This document shows positions 1 through 12,666 of a stretch of 64,000 nucleotides of DNA, in pieces. Made by a program: the position numbers and the translations under genes. Origin of the DNA: Octopus vulgaris (taxonomy: Eukaryota). The notes beneath the pieces are model-generated. The model did no database searches. It was given only the letters and a program-made list of their open reading frames with translations, and was not told the DNA's origin. The stretch lies in contig OX597840.1 in the NCBI GenBank assembly GCA_951406725.2, positions 18,042,001 to 18,106,000 of the forward strand. The letters are read 5' to 3'. Each line of letters opens with the position of its first letter. Positions within the stretch are counted from its first letter, which is position 1.

Positions 1-75
1 AACATAGGAGAAGGAAAGATCCAGAGAAGGGAAGACAGAGGAAAAAATCGCCAACGGTACACACGAGGTCACATT
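1..75 (-). mobile_element. Partial copy of the ~210-bp HHR-bearing short repeat (family of 11516, 42136, 42420)
   Basis: Reverse complement reads atgtgacc...gttggcgattttttcc...ggatctttcctt...cctatgtt, matching the other copies; truncated by the window edge just before the HHR core. Confidence 0.75.
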
Positions 76-139
76 TTGAAAGCAAAATGTATATGTATAT
101 ACACACATACACACACATACACATAAATATATTCACTTC

Positions 140-416
140 CAAAGTAAACTTTGTTTACTTTCATCGTAAGTTCAATTTAACGTTAGTGTCTTATAAAGCT
201 AGATTAATAAATCCTAAAAGCGTAGAACAATTCGTTACTGGGCAGTTTAGCTTCAAGGTAAAGCACTCGATGTGTAATCACAAGGATGTGAGTTCAAGTC
301 TTAAGGCTGGCTGGGAACGAATTTTTCTGCAATATATAGATAGTTTATCCTGTTCATGCTACTGAATGAGGATAATCATGCATTTGAGAATAAATTATTT
401 CAGTATCTTTCAATAC
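140..416 (+). mobile_element. tRNA-Thr-like-containing repeat unit (tRNA-like part ~240-312)
   Basis: A-box-like tagcttcaaggtaaagc and B-box gttcaagtc. Homologous copies at ~39100-39565 and 42665-42840. Confidence 0.6.
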
Positions 417-419
417 ACG

Positions 420-474
420 TATGTATATACATCTATATATACATATCTACATATATATAAATATATATATACAG

Positions 475-521
<47 letters not shown>

Positions 522-775
522 CAGATATATATATACAGATATATATACAGATATATGTACATATATATATACAGATATATGTACATATATATATACAGAT
601 ATATGTACATATATATATATATACACAGATATATGTACATATATATATATATACAGATATATGTACATATATATATACAGATATATGTACATATATATAT
701 AAACAGATATATAAACAGATATATGTACATATATATATAAACAGATATATGTACATATATATATAAACAGATATA

Positions 776-822
<47 letters not shown>

Positions 823-1125
823 TATATGTACATATATATATACAGATATATGTACATATATATATACAGATATATGTACATATATATATACTTATATATA
901 TACATATATATGTACATATATATGTACATATATATGTACATATATATGTACATATATATATACATATATATGTACATATATATATACATATATATGTACA
1001 TATATATATACATATATATGTACATATATATATACATATATATGTACATATATATATACATATATATGTACATATATATATATACACACACACACACACA
1101 TATATATATACAAAGACAAACAAAC

Positions 1126-1172
<47 letters not shown>
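420..1172. repeat. Compound (TA)n-based micro/minisatellite ending in (CA)n
   Basis: Units such as acagatatatgtacatatatatat repeated many times. Confidence 0.95.
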
Positions 1173-1176
<4 letters not shown>

Positions 1177-1733
1177 CAGTGGCACTCCATTGGTTATAAA
1201 GACGAGGCTTCCAATTAATCCAATCAACACAGCAGTCTTCTCAGGAAATTTTCATGCAACTGGCTGAGTACTCCACAGACACGTGTACCCCTTCACAAAA
1301 TTCTCGAGTAGATTCAGTGTGGCACAGAAGGCAACAAGGTGGCCCTTTGAAACACATGTCTTACTCATTGTTACCAGCTGAGTGGAATAAAGTGTCTTGC
1401 TTAAGGACACAATCCCCCACCAATAATTGAACTTATGACCTTACGATCATGAATTGAACATCTAAACCACATGAATTCATACACAAACGCACACACACAC
1501 ACAAATATATATATATATATGAATGTGTGTGTGTGTGGTTGTATTTGTTCCTCCATCAATGCTTGGCAACTGGTATAGGTTTGAATCAGTACCATGTTCA
1601 ATTTGTTCTATCAAACCCTTCAAGGCAGTGCTCCAACATGGCCACAGTCCAATGACTGAAATAAGTTAAAGATAAAAGATTAAACATAAGAGGTCTCTTC
1701 CCATCCAAAAGTAAATTTTAGGGAAGGAAAAAC

Positions 1734-1781
<48 letters not shown>

Positions 1782-1922
1782 GTGAGAGGAGTAAAGGCAA
1801 GTAAATATAAGGAATATGAAGAAAGGGACACTGAAGAAGGTTGAAGTGGAATGGTTGATGCAACAGTATCTTTAGGGAATAGGAACTTCAAGGAATGGTC
1901 AGAATGTAGAAAAACTCTAAAG

Positions 1923-2212
1923 CAGTAGTTTTCTACCATGGTCCTTATAGCCCTTAGGGGACCACATGGTTCTTTGGAGCCCATATGGTACTTGGGGGTC
2001 CATATAAGATTTTGGCATTAAAATTTATGAGCAATAAATTGGTTATAATTCTACAATTCGTAAAATACTCTAACAATTTTTTTATACAAATTCTAACAAT
2101 ATTTAATTATAAAAATATGACTTTTCTTAAACTTCAAATGGGTTTAAGGGTCCATCTTAGTAGAATAAGAATCAAAAGGGTCCATAGGTATAAAAGGGGG
2201 TAAGAATTACTG
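1923..2212. mobile_element. hAT (Charlie-like) MITE
   Basis: Imperfect TIRs cagtagttttctacc / ggtaagaattactg and near-perfect 8-bp TSD ctctaaag / gtctaaag. Related copies at 19726-19982 and 20018-20316. Confidence 0.7.
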
Positions 2213-2807
2213 GTCTAAAGAATGAAGAATTTGTAAGAAATTATGAAAACGGAATAATCCAGAGATAATTGTCATTTTTCTTTGGTCCCAATGTGACTTT
2301 GGTTAACAGTGGATTTTCTACTAAAGCTACCATGGCCCCATATATTTAGGAATGTTTTTGAACCTGTCTGAAGAAATTATCCCTCCGATGCTCACCCTCT
2401 GTCTTCTCAATACCATTCCACCTGCCTGTTGCAAGATTTTACCATTCCTCTTGATATTCGGTCCTCACCTCTCTTGCTCCCCATCACATCTTTAATCATT
2501 TACTCATTTCAGTGTTTGAACTGTGGCCATGCTGGGGCACCCATGCTGGAAGGGTTTCAGTTGAAAAAAATTGATCCCAGTAATTATGCTTTTTGCTGTT
2601 GTTGTTTTTAAGTCTGGTACTTATTATATTGGTTTCTTTTGCCAAACTGCTAAGTTACAAGGACATAAACAAACTAACACTATTTATCAAACAGTGGTGG
2701 GTGGTAACAAACACACACAAACACACACACACATGCACACAAACAGACAGACTGGCAGATTGAGACTAAATATCCAAACACGTAAGGTGACACGCATGTC
2801 GAAGCAG

Positions 2808-3088
2808 TTATCGTTTCCTTGTTGTGCTTCTTCCTTTAAGTTTCCGTCTTGGGAATCTTTTAAACTTGTCTCCATTCTCATTTCTCATTGAATCTGTCCA
2901 AGAAACATCAACAGTGGATGAAGCCAGCCTCTTCTGGTGATAGTTAAATATTTTCACTCCAAGAATACAGCCCAATATCGGTGCTAACCAATAGACCAAT
3001 ACATGCTGCCAAGGGGTGGTGCCTTTACATCCAAACTTCATCACTGATGCTAGCGTTGGGTTCATATACATTCCAGTATGGTGAATAC
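2808..3088 (-). CDS. AQP11: Unorthodox aquaporin, last coding exon (GIHHTGMYMNPTLASVMKFGC...VYWLAPILG...RKR*)
   Basis: Acceptor ttgttgcag| at 3089-3090, phase compatible with the upstream donor (640+281=921 nt, 306 aa). Contains the second NPA-type box TGMYMNPTLA with Cys 9 residues downstream and the MIP hallmark VYWxxPxxG. Confidence 0.92.
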
Positions 3089-3377
3089 CTGCAACAACAA
3101 GAGAAGATAAGAAGTTAATAACAAGGTTGATAGTTCGTTAATGAGAACAATAATAAAAGGAGTCTGTGATCCATTATAAACGAATTAAAAGGCGAGTAGA
3201 GAGGGTTTGGGCAAGGTTTCTCCTGTTGCAAAAGCATTTGTGGTGTATAATACTTAAGATACTTCAGGTAAATTTGCCTCTTCAATTCCCCAGAATTACA
3301 TTAGAAAATAGACTCATATAGAACAGTATCCATCCTTTAATCAGAAAGATGAGAAATGCAAAAAGAATTTTAATATA

Positions 3378-3790
3378 GGCACAGGAGTGGCTGTGTGGTA
3401 AGTAGCTTGCTTAACAACCACATGGTTCTGGGTTCAGTCCCACTGCATGTCACCTTGGGCAAGTGTTTTCTACTATAGCCTCGGGCTGACCAAAGCCGTG
3501 TGAGTGGATTTGGTAGATGGAAACTGAAAGACGCCCATTGTATATATGTAAAGATATATATATATATGTGTGTGTGTGTGTTTGTATGTCTGTGTTTGTC
3601 CCCCCACAACATCATTTGACAACCGATGCTGGTGTGTTTACGTCCCTGTAACTTAGCAGTTCGGCAAAAGAGACCGATAGAATAAGTACTAGGCTTCCAA
3701 AGAATAAGTTCTGGGGTTGATTTGCTCAACTAAAGGCGGTGCTCCAGCATGGTCGCAGTCAAATGACTGAAACAAGTAAAAGTGAGAAAG
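3378..3790 (+). mobile_element. tRNA-derived SINE, family A (ggagtggctgtgtggtaag...ccttgggcaagtgtc...gaaacaagtaaaagag)
   Basis: Pol III box-like head, CORE-like ccttgggcaagt segment, internal (TA)/(TG) microsatellite and gagtaaaa-type tail. More than 12 copies in the window. Confidence 0.85.
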
Positions 3791-4829
3791 ACAGAATATC
3801 TAGGTCAAATGAAAGAGACCCATGAAAAAATGGTGCATGATATGAAATAAATGAAACTCAACTAAATCTAAAATCTCAGCATAAAATATTCTCCATGACT
3901 TCTTTACTCTCTGCTGGAGTGATTCGCTTCCTGATATATTTACCCATCATGCAGTTAAAGAAAAGAGATTATTGAAGTTAATCCTTACTCATTCTGCCCT
4001 AATTTAGACATTGCTTTTTTTTCTGAAATTTGAAAATTCTCAAATTAGTATTGGAAAAAAAAATTTACTTGGAATCTAACAAAGAAAATAATATTCATTA
4101 TTAAACACCAAAAATTATCCAGATATTTTATCAGGAACCTAAATTACAATCGAGTGAGAATTGAGGAGAAATTTCTTGAAAAAACAGCGTCTCCATCAAT
4201 TCCTAGGGATATCTGAAGAAGGAATTTTATTCCGAAATATCATATCAGACTATCGATGATTAAATAACAACGGTTCTTATAGTCCAATGTTTGTATTATA
4301 GTGCTTTGTTGTGTCATTCAAAACATTTTATTCTTTACAAACAATACACAATGCTTCAAGCGAACTACAATACTCTCCATTATCTGTTACTTGGCCGTTT
4401 CAAACTCTCTCGGCTTCAAAAACAACAACTATGTTGACCAATTTTTATTCCTAAAGACGATGCAATTCTTGCAATCTAATGGTTTCAAATAGTGTGGAGA
4501 AGTTTGCTTGCCAACCACAAGGTTTTAGGTTCAGCCCAACTGCAATTCATGCTCAACTTGTGAGCATGAAAAAATGCTTCCAACAGTTGAGGTTTGGCAA
4601 CAGGAAAGGCATCCAGCTGCAGAACGAACTCCACATGATCCATGCAAGAATGGAAACGTGGGCATTAAAACAATGAAGATGATGGTAATACACACACGCA
4701 CGCGTGTATGAGTGATTTTCATAGTTTTCATGTATTGAAATTCACTCACGAGGTATAAGTTGGCCCAAGGGCTTCATTGAAAAACCCTTTGGTGTCGCAT
4801 AAAAATTCCTAATTTTGGTATCATGTAGA

Positions 4830-5515
4830 AAACCACTTGTGCCAGAGTCACATTTAAAAGCACTCATGCTGATGTCACATAAAAAACACCTGTGCCAGGG
4901 ACACATAAAAAGGCACCTGTGTCACTGTCACATAAATAGGCACCTGTGCCAGTGTCACATAAAAAGGCACCTGTGCTAGGGACACATAAAAAGGCACCTG
5001 TGCCAGTGTCACATAAAAAGGCACCTGTGCCAGTGTCACATAAAAAGGCACCTGTCCCAGTGATACATAAAAAGGCACCTGTGCCAGTGACACATAAAAA
5101 GGCACCTGTCCTAGTGTCACATAAATAGGCACCTGTGCCAGGGACACAAAAAAGGCACCTGTGTCAGTGTCACATAAAAAGGCACCTGTGTCAGTGTCAC
5201 ATAAAAAGGTACCTGTACCTATTCCCCGTAAGGAGCACTGGTGCCGATGCCACGTGAAAGCACCCATTCCTGGGCCACATGAAATGCCCTGGTGCTGATG
5301 CTCCGTATAAAACACCGACACAAGTGCCACGTAAAAGCACGCAGAACACTCTGTAAAGTGGTTGGCGTTAGGGAGGGCATCCAGCTGTAGAAACCATGGC
5401 CAGAACAGACAACTGGAGCCTGGGGTTGCCTGTCAAATTGATCCCATTTCCTGTCAAATCATCTAACCCATGCCACCATGGAAAAATAGACATTAAAAGA
5501 TGATGATGATGATAG
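4830..5515 (+). repeat. 27-bp minisatellite (gcacctgtgccagtgtcacataaaaag)n inside an RTE-LINE-type 3' end terminating in (gat)n
   Basis: About 12-13 near-identical units at ~4870-5220 (9-aa periodicity in the ORF track), followed by the gtggttggcgttagg...aacccatgcca...gatgatgat tail shared with 59355-59830. Confidence 0.85.
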
Positions 5516-6277
5516 CTTCCATGAAGTGCTGAGATTGGAAACTATTGTTGTGAAACGAACCACCCAACCACACAACTGTGATGAGAATCTAAAATCTCCC
5601 TCTATTTCTTGTTTGCTGATTTCTTTTTTTTTTGTTTTATTTTCCTATGTTTTTCACCTTTGTATCATACACCAATGACCCCCATTTATTAATAAAACAC
5701 CAATGACCCCATTTATTGATAAAAGGAAAAACAAGTATCGGGGTCAATCAAATATTCCCTTCACCACAGATTTCATGCTTTCTGCCTGAATCAGAGACAA
5801 TTGTTATTGTTGTTGTTGACATTGCTGTTTTTGTTATTCTTGTTAGGGTAGTGGTGGTGGTGCTGCTGTTGTGGTTGATCTTCTTTGTTCTTCTCCTTCC
5901 TTATTTCTTCTCCTCCTCTTCTTGTTATTACTGTTGTTGTTGTTGTTGTTGTTGCTGCAGCTGTTGGCATTGTTGCCATTGCTATTGTTGTTGTTGTTTA
6001 TCAGGTTAATTATTTATCAATAAACAAACCCTCCCTGCTATCATATCTGCTCAATGAACCCAAACATTTGTTAATTTGTTTATCTATTGATTGCTTATCT
6101 AATAACTGCTTGTCTATTGATTGGGGTGAGGGGGTCAATTAGTGAAACTATCCCAGTTTTATCTCCTTTACTAATTGTTCACTCTCATCAGAACTCACCT
6201 GAGATGGCACGACAATAACAACAACAACAACGATCACAACACTTTTCACGTGTTGTCATCATCATCATCACTCATTC

Positions 6278-6676
6278 TTTTACACTTTTACTCTCTTTTA
6301 CTTGTTTCAGTCATTTGACTGCGACCATGCTGGAGTGCCGCCTTTTAGTCGAGCAAATTGACCCCAGGACTTATTCTTTGTAAGTCTAGTACATATTCTA
6401 TTATTCTCTTTCACCGAACCGCTAAGTTACGGGGACGTAAACACACCAGCATCGGTTGTCAAGCGATGGTGGGAGGACAAATACAGACACACAAACATAT
6501 ACACACACACATATATACGATGGGCTTCTTTCAGTTTCCGTCTACCAAATCCACTCACAAGGCTTTGGTCAGCCCGAGGCTATAGTAGAAGACACTTGCC
6601 CAGGGTGCCACGCAGTGGGACTAAACCCGAAACCATGTGGTTGGTAAGCAAGCTACTTACCACACTGCCACTTCTA
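6278..6676 (-). mobile_element. SINE family A copy
   Basis: Reverse complement of the 3378-3790 consensus. Confidence 0.85.
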
Positions 6677-7054
6677 TGCACATGGAGTGTGCATAGGGGG
6701 AGCATCATAGCCGTGTGTTGAAAGGAATTCTTGGAGGTTTGGATAATTCGCCTTTGGAAACATGGGTGGTTCATTCAACATCCTTAAACGACCTTATTAA
6801 GGGACCTTTTGAGCGGGATGGGTTACTCAACCAGAAGAAAATTCTAACTGGGCCCCACCTGCAAGGTCATGCGCTATTTATCTTGATATGAGATCACCAT
6901 ATCGTGCACATATCGTTGTGATGCATATGCCTAGTGTACTCTTATCAGACAGGTAGTCATGATGGGTATACTGGGCTTTGTATATTTTACCCTAGTGTCA
7001 CTTTGATGGCATGCACTGCTCTCTCACTCAATAATAATAATAATAATAATAATA

Positions 7055-7480
7055 ATAATCTTTTCTACTGGAACCACAAGGCCTTAAATTTGTGGGGTGG
7101 GGACTAGTCAATTATATTGACCCCAGTGTTTCACTGGTACATAATTTATCGACCCTCAAAAAATGAAAGACAAAAATCGACTTTGGTGGAATTTGAACTC
7201 AGAATGTAGTGACGGGCAAAATACTGCTAAGCATTTCATCCAACATGCTAACGATTCTGCCAGCTTGCCGCCTTAATAATAATCTTTTCTACTATAGGCA
7301 CAAGGCCTGAAATTTAGGGGAGGTCAATTAGATTGACCCCAGTACACAACAGGTACTTAATTTATCGATCCTGAAAGGATGAAAGCAAAGTCGACATCAG
7401 TGGAATTTGGACACAGAACATAAAGATGGCTGAAGTGCTGCTAAGCATTTTGCCTGGCATGCAAACAATTCTGCCTTAAT
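7055..7480 (-). mobile_element. Two tandem copies of SINE family B (aaggcggcgagctggcagaa...gactttgcctttcatcc...)
   Basis: Matches + copies at 13073-13280 and 47836-48050. Other copies at ~24790-25320, 36735-36970, 37690-37900, 52560-53050 and 58760-59045. Confidence 0.75.
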
Positions 7481-8069
7481 AATAATAATAATAATAATAA
7501 TGGTTTTAAATTTTGCCACAAGGGCAGAAATTTTGGGGGTGGAGATGAGTCGATTACATTGACCCGTGTTCAACTGGTATTTGATTTATCAACCCCAGAA
7601 AGATGAAATTTTAACTTAGAATATGCTGAGACCCCTTCGGTCATGACTGACCATGGGATTGCACCTAGAAAGTTACCCTCCCAGGCACAAGTCCAGGCAA
7701 GGTTGTGTTATGGAAGACCAGCAGTCAATCATGCCACCTGTGTTATCCAAGGGAAAGGCAAAGAGGCCAATACAGCTTGGCACCAGTGATGTCACAACTC
7801 CTTTCTACAGCTGAGTGAACTGGAGCAATGTGAAATAAAGTGTCTTGCTCAAGAACTCAACACATAGCCCGGTCTGGGATTCGAACTCACAATCGTAAGC
7901 TTGACACTCTAACCACTGAGCCATGCGCCTTCACACTTAGAATATAGTGATGTGCAAAATACCACTAAGCATTTCATCTGGTGCACTAATGATTCAGCTA
8001 GCCACCTTAATAATAATAATAATAATAATACAGAAAGAAAGTAGAAAGTAGAAAACAAACTGTACATAC

Positions 8070-8709
8070 CTAAAACGACCATTATTGGTCCAGTAAAAAG
8101 CTTTAGACACGAATCTACAGAATCATAAATGGTGATTCGACTTTGGCTTAACCAAGTCTCAAGCGCAATGGACCCTCCTTCAATGAGAAACCCCATGGCG
8201 ACCGCAACATTAAGGTCACTGGCACAAGTCCTTTGAGACAGTTGCTGTGTGTGCTCTGGCATGATTTCTAAAAGCCAGATCATGTGTACGACAAGTGCAA
8301 TGGCTGGAATGGCAAAGATCTGTGTGAAGACCCTGAGAAGTAAATCACTGAAAGAAATTACCTCTTTCATGTATTTCAGTACATTTGCTGGAACCGAAGG
8401 TGCCGAGTCTTTGAAAATATTCCTGAAGAGAAAAGCCATGAATCCTGACATGAGGACATAGGTGGTGTTGCCATAATAGAACCGTAGTATTCCATGTTGA
8501 AACGAAATTGTACATGACGTAATGGTGCAGAAGAAATCTGAGAGAATTGGTCGCAGCCAGATGGGAGCGAATATGGAATTGAGTTTAAATATACCAACAT
8601 GGACTAGCAAGACGAGGGCGTAGTAGATCAGGCACTGTAGGAATGGTATGATGAAAGGAAAGATTCTTGGATTGTTCCAAGTATCTATCCAAGAACTTGG
8701 TACTTCCAT
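8070..8709 (-). CDS. AQP11: Unorthodox (super) aquaporin, AQP11/AQP12-like, first coding exon (MEVPSSWIDTW...GPIMVVL-G)
   Basis: Hydrophobic multi-TM ORF with AQP11/12-like segments (DFFCT...; HTQQLSQRTCASDLNVAVAMGFLIEG). ATG at 8709, downstream of an acceptor ttgtttcag| at 8737-8738 that implies an upstream exon. Phase-1 donor G|gtatgt at 8070/8069. AQP11 vs AQP12 orthology cannot be resolved by eye. Confidence 0.88.
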
Positions 8710-8973
8710 TGTAGCATAGAGAAGTTTTGGAACAATCTGAAACAAGAATAAAAAATAGGGTTTGAAAATGGAACAAAAGAAACAACAAATTATAAAAGGA
8801 AATACAAAAAAAATAGGATTTTTGAAACAATGATTGTGTGGTAGGGATGATGCTTCCAAACCATATGGCTTCAGGTTCAGTCCCACCTAACTGATTGATT
8901 GAGTCACTGAACAATTCTTTTACTCTTTTACTTGTTTTGACTGTGGCCATGCTGGATCACCGCCTTTAGTCGA

Positions 8974-9522
8974 TGCAGTACCAGACAGTGGCTCTCATGG
9001 CTTCTGATCTTCACTGATTCGAAGTGTTATCATGTACATTGTTTTGTCTTGGTATAAAAGATGGGCTACAGCAAATATTCTGCTTGATACCACAGATTTG
9101 CTTGTCAGTTGTTTGATCATAACCAGTTGAGCATGTCCCTTGGTGGCTGACGATATGTGCATCTCTGATCACACACAGAAGTAGTAGGGGAGCATCATAG
9201 CTTTGTGTTGAGAGGAATTCTTAGAGGTTTGGATAATTCACCTCTGGAAACATGGGTGTTTTGTTGAACATCTTTAAACAATTCTTATTCAGGGACCTTT
9301 TGTACAGGATGGGCTACTCAACCAGAAGAAAATTCTAACTGGGCCCCACCTGCAAGGCCATGCGCTGTTTACCTTGATATGAGATCACCATGTCACACAG
9401 ATATGGTTGTGATGCATGTGCCTGGTGTACCCTTATCAGACGGGTAGTCATGATGGATATACTGGGCTTCATATATTTTACCCCAGTGTCACTTTTATGG
9501 CATGCACTGCTCCCTCACTCAA
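8974..9522 (+). mobile_element. Interspersed retroelement-like repeat ending in (aat)n
   Basis: Near-identical copies at ~6690-7030, 15340-15500 (minus) and 61693-62224. Confidence 0.75.
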
Positions 9523-9768
9523 TAATAATAATAATAATAATAGTAATAATAATAATAAAAGAAGTGGCATAGAACCAGTGTGTGTGTGTTTGTTATTGAT
9601 GTAATGACCCTCTTAAGATACAAGATTCGTTTTAACACATTAGCTTCTTACCAAGGATGTCCCAAAGCAAATACTATTGATTAACTTAGTATGGACAGAT
9701 GGAAGAATCAGGTGCTTCATGCCTAACCATTTGTCTGAGAGGAAGGGCACTCTCCAGGTGATGTATAA

Positions 9769-9812
<44 letters not shown>

Positions 9813-10788
9813 CACTCGTGAAGTATCTGTGTGTAATCATGGGTAGCTGTCTATGTATATGTCTGTGGTAATCTGTGTATGTGTGTTTGTATGTGTTTGT
9901 GGGTATCTATTTATGTGTGTGTTAATATATGTGTGTGTCAATATATATGTGTGTGTGTGACTCTTTTCAAGTGCCACATAAATCTTTGTGTATGTGTGTG
10001 TTTGTGAGCATTAATGGGTATATATGTGTATGTGCTTGTGAATAGGTGTTTGCATATATTTGTGGGCATGCGTGTATGTGACAGCATCTGTGTGTGTTTG
10101 TAAGTACCTCTCTGCATGTGTGTGTGTGTGTGCAAGGGTGTGTAGCACGTGTGTGTGTGTGTGTGTATGTGTGTGCAAGGGTGTGTATGCACGTGTGTGT
10201 GTGTGTGCATGTATGATGGAGATTGTGAATCCATTTAATAAGTCACTTAACTCATACCAGCTAAACAGAGAAGGGGGGAGGGGAAACAAGAGAGAGAAAA
10301 AAGAGAGGGGAGAGGAGGAAGAGAGATATATAAAAGATAGTGAGTGATTGATGTCAATAATAAATGACAAAGGAGTAATGGGGAGGAGAGGGAGGGAGGG
10401 AGGAGAGGCAATAAGCAAAGCTGGTGGTGAGGAGGGGGGGACTGAGTGTTAGGAGAGACTAAAGACCAGATGAAATGTCAGGTCTCCTGTTACACAGCTG
10501 CACACTTGGAAGAGAGAGAGAGGGACTGACAAAGCATAAAGGAGGGAGGAGGGGTGCTCAATGGCTTGATAGAAGAGGAGAGAGAGAGAGAGAGATGCTG
10601 AGTGTTAAAGGAGAGGGGAAGCGAAAGAGTGGAGGGAAAGGGTGGAGGCACTTTCAGCAGAAATGTAAAGTCTAAGTGACCCTAAATGTAAATATGGAAC
10701 AGCCTGACCTCCATCATCACCGTTATGTTAATGCCAGTCAGGCTGGTCTGCTCTAACACTAGGTGTCACTACTCACCACACTTGTTAG

Positions 10789-10824
<36 letters not shown>

Positions 10825-10860
10825 ATATATAAGTTTGTGTATTATTGTTATATTATATTA

Positions 10861-11420
10861 CTAGCAAAACGCCCCCCCCCCCCTCGTCCCGTCCAATGAT
10901 GGTGCTGAGTTGTCAAACATTCAAACCAAATTTTCTCAAAACAACTTGTCCGACCGTCCCATAGGCCTCCCCTTTGAGAAACACTGATTTAACCTAAATT
11001 TCAGACACCAGCAAAAGAAGAAATAAAGATAGACTTTTTCTATTCCAAAGAAAAACGATTTTATTCACACAAATATGCAACCGAAGAGTTTAAAGTACCA
11101 GTAATGATAAGGCTGTTGACTGGGAGAACACAAACATGGTTTAAACAGTAAGCTTGGCAGGAAAGAAACGTGACTTTAAGCAGAACAAAAACAACAAAAA
11201 CTGGAAGGTGCAGTTATGTACAGGTTGACGGAAGAAAAGCAGGACAAAAACGGCTTTATCAATCGCATTCTCATCTGGAATCGATTTTTGTAATTTTTTC
11301 AAGACTTATACACTCCCTGATACCGTCAGTATCTACATATCAAATTTGAGCGCAATCGGGTGGAGGATGCCCAATATCCTTCAAGACACACACACAGACA
11401 AACGGAATTTATATAAGAGA
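10861..11420 (-). mobile_element. Non-autonomous Helitron-like element
   Basis: Minus strand begins a|TCtcttatataaa and ends ...CTAG|t. Related plus-strand copy at ~32995-33350 shares the caagttgttttgagaaaatttggttt...cattggacg block. Confidence 0.6.
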
Positions 11421-11515
11421 TTATAATGATACAAACTATTGCATTTATCCTCCCTTCTAAACATATATAATATGTATGTACCAATGAGTATGTTTGAGCG
11501 GAAATATATACGTAT

Positions 11516-11727
11516 ATGTGACCGCTTGTGTATCGTTGGCGATTTTTTTTTCTCGTTCTTCCCTTCCTTGGATCTTTCCTTTTCCTATGTTTCTGATGAA
11601 GAGCTCTGCTCAAAACCTTAAATCCTCTTTCTTTCTTTCCTTTGCTGAGCGTCCAATAACACTATACTTGTTCCATGTCCTCGCGTTGTTGTGTTTTCTC
11701 TTTGTGTTTCCATGTTTGGATTAACTT
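11516..11727 (+). mobile_element. Short repeat with degenerate minimal hammerhead ribozyme (CTGATGA at 11593)
   Basis: gttt-CTGATGA-a-GAGC-tct-GCTC-AAAAC (GAAA mutated); flanked by (TA)n. Confidence 0.65.
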
Positions 11728-12122
11728 TATATATATATTATATATATATATGTATGTATGTATGTGTGGTTATGTGTATATATATATGTGAATATATATG
11801 TTAATATATATGTATGTTCCTCATGTATATGCAGTTTCATACATAACTGAAATAACTTTAAGATATATTGATTTTATAGATTGCAAAATTACTCCTCTTA
11901 TAATAACTTTCTCATACCTCTGTTTATATTTTATCTAATATGATTAATATAATGCATCTAATAATAACAATTGATTATTGTGTATGCTTTGAAATGTAAT
12001 ATGTATGTACAGTTAAGTGTAGGTATATGTATTTATGTATATTTATATATGTATGCATATGTATAAGTATGAAAACGTGCGTGTATTTATTTATATTTAT
12101 GACTGAACCTTATGTACTTTCT

Positions 12123-12254
12123 AAAATCTCTGACAAAGCCTAGAGAAACACCCAAGTACCTCAATTTCATCCACTAATTACTTCACTCTACTGGGGGAAT
12201 AAAAGTAGAATGAGGTATTTTTGCCTCTTGGCTGAAACAGCTGTAAGATATTTT
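12123..12254 (+). ncRNA. Hammerhead-ribozyme-like motif (Penelope type, palindromic stem III), G8 mutated
   Basis: aaaatct-CTGACAA-agcctagag...ctcttggct-GAAAC-AGCT-GTA-agatatttt. Stems I, II and III all pair. Confidence 0.55.
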
Positions 12255-12629
12255 CCCAATTTCTATTCCTGCATGTTATATATTTTAATAATTACTGGTA
12301 TCTTTATATATTTTTATATGTAAAGCATAATATGTTATACATGTATGTATATTCTTGTAATTGTCATTTTAGTAAATAAATAAGTTAACATAATATAATG
12401 TCCTAAAGTTGAAGAACCACCAATTGATCCCTTCCATTTTCTTATAACTATATAAATTAATGGTAAAATAACCCTTTACACTCACCCATTTAGTAGACTC
12501 GGTAATGTAATTGCAATGCAATAAAGAAAACACTTGTGTATTAATAATTGGGTATTCTACCAGCAGTATATTGGATAGATATTATCCCTAAGTTGGTTGC
12601 ATTCACAACCTCTAACTTTCTTGGAATTA

Positions 12630-12633
12630 ATAT

Positions 12634-12666
<33 letters not shown>

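Noticed and set aside
4870-5220. Regular 27-bp repeats resembling a CRISPR array
   Set aside because: The units are contiguous with no unique spacers, there are no cas genes, and the context is eukaryotic; it is a minisatellite.
7909-8886. The 325-aa ORF taken as a single-exon protein
   Set aside because: Its ends run through intron/SINE sequence. Splice signals delimit the coding part to 8070-8709, and the second NPA box lies in the 2808-3088 exon.
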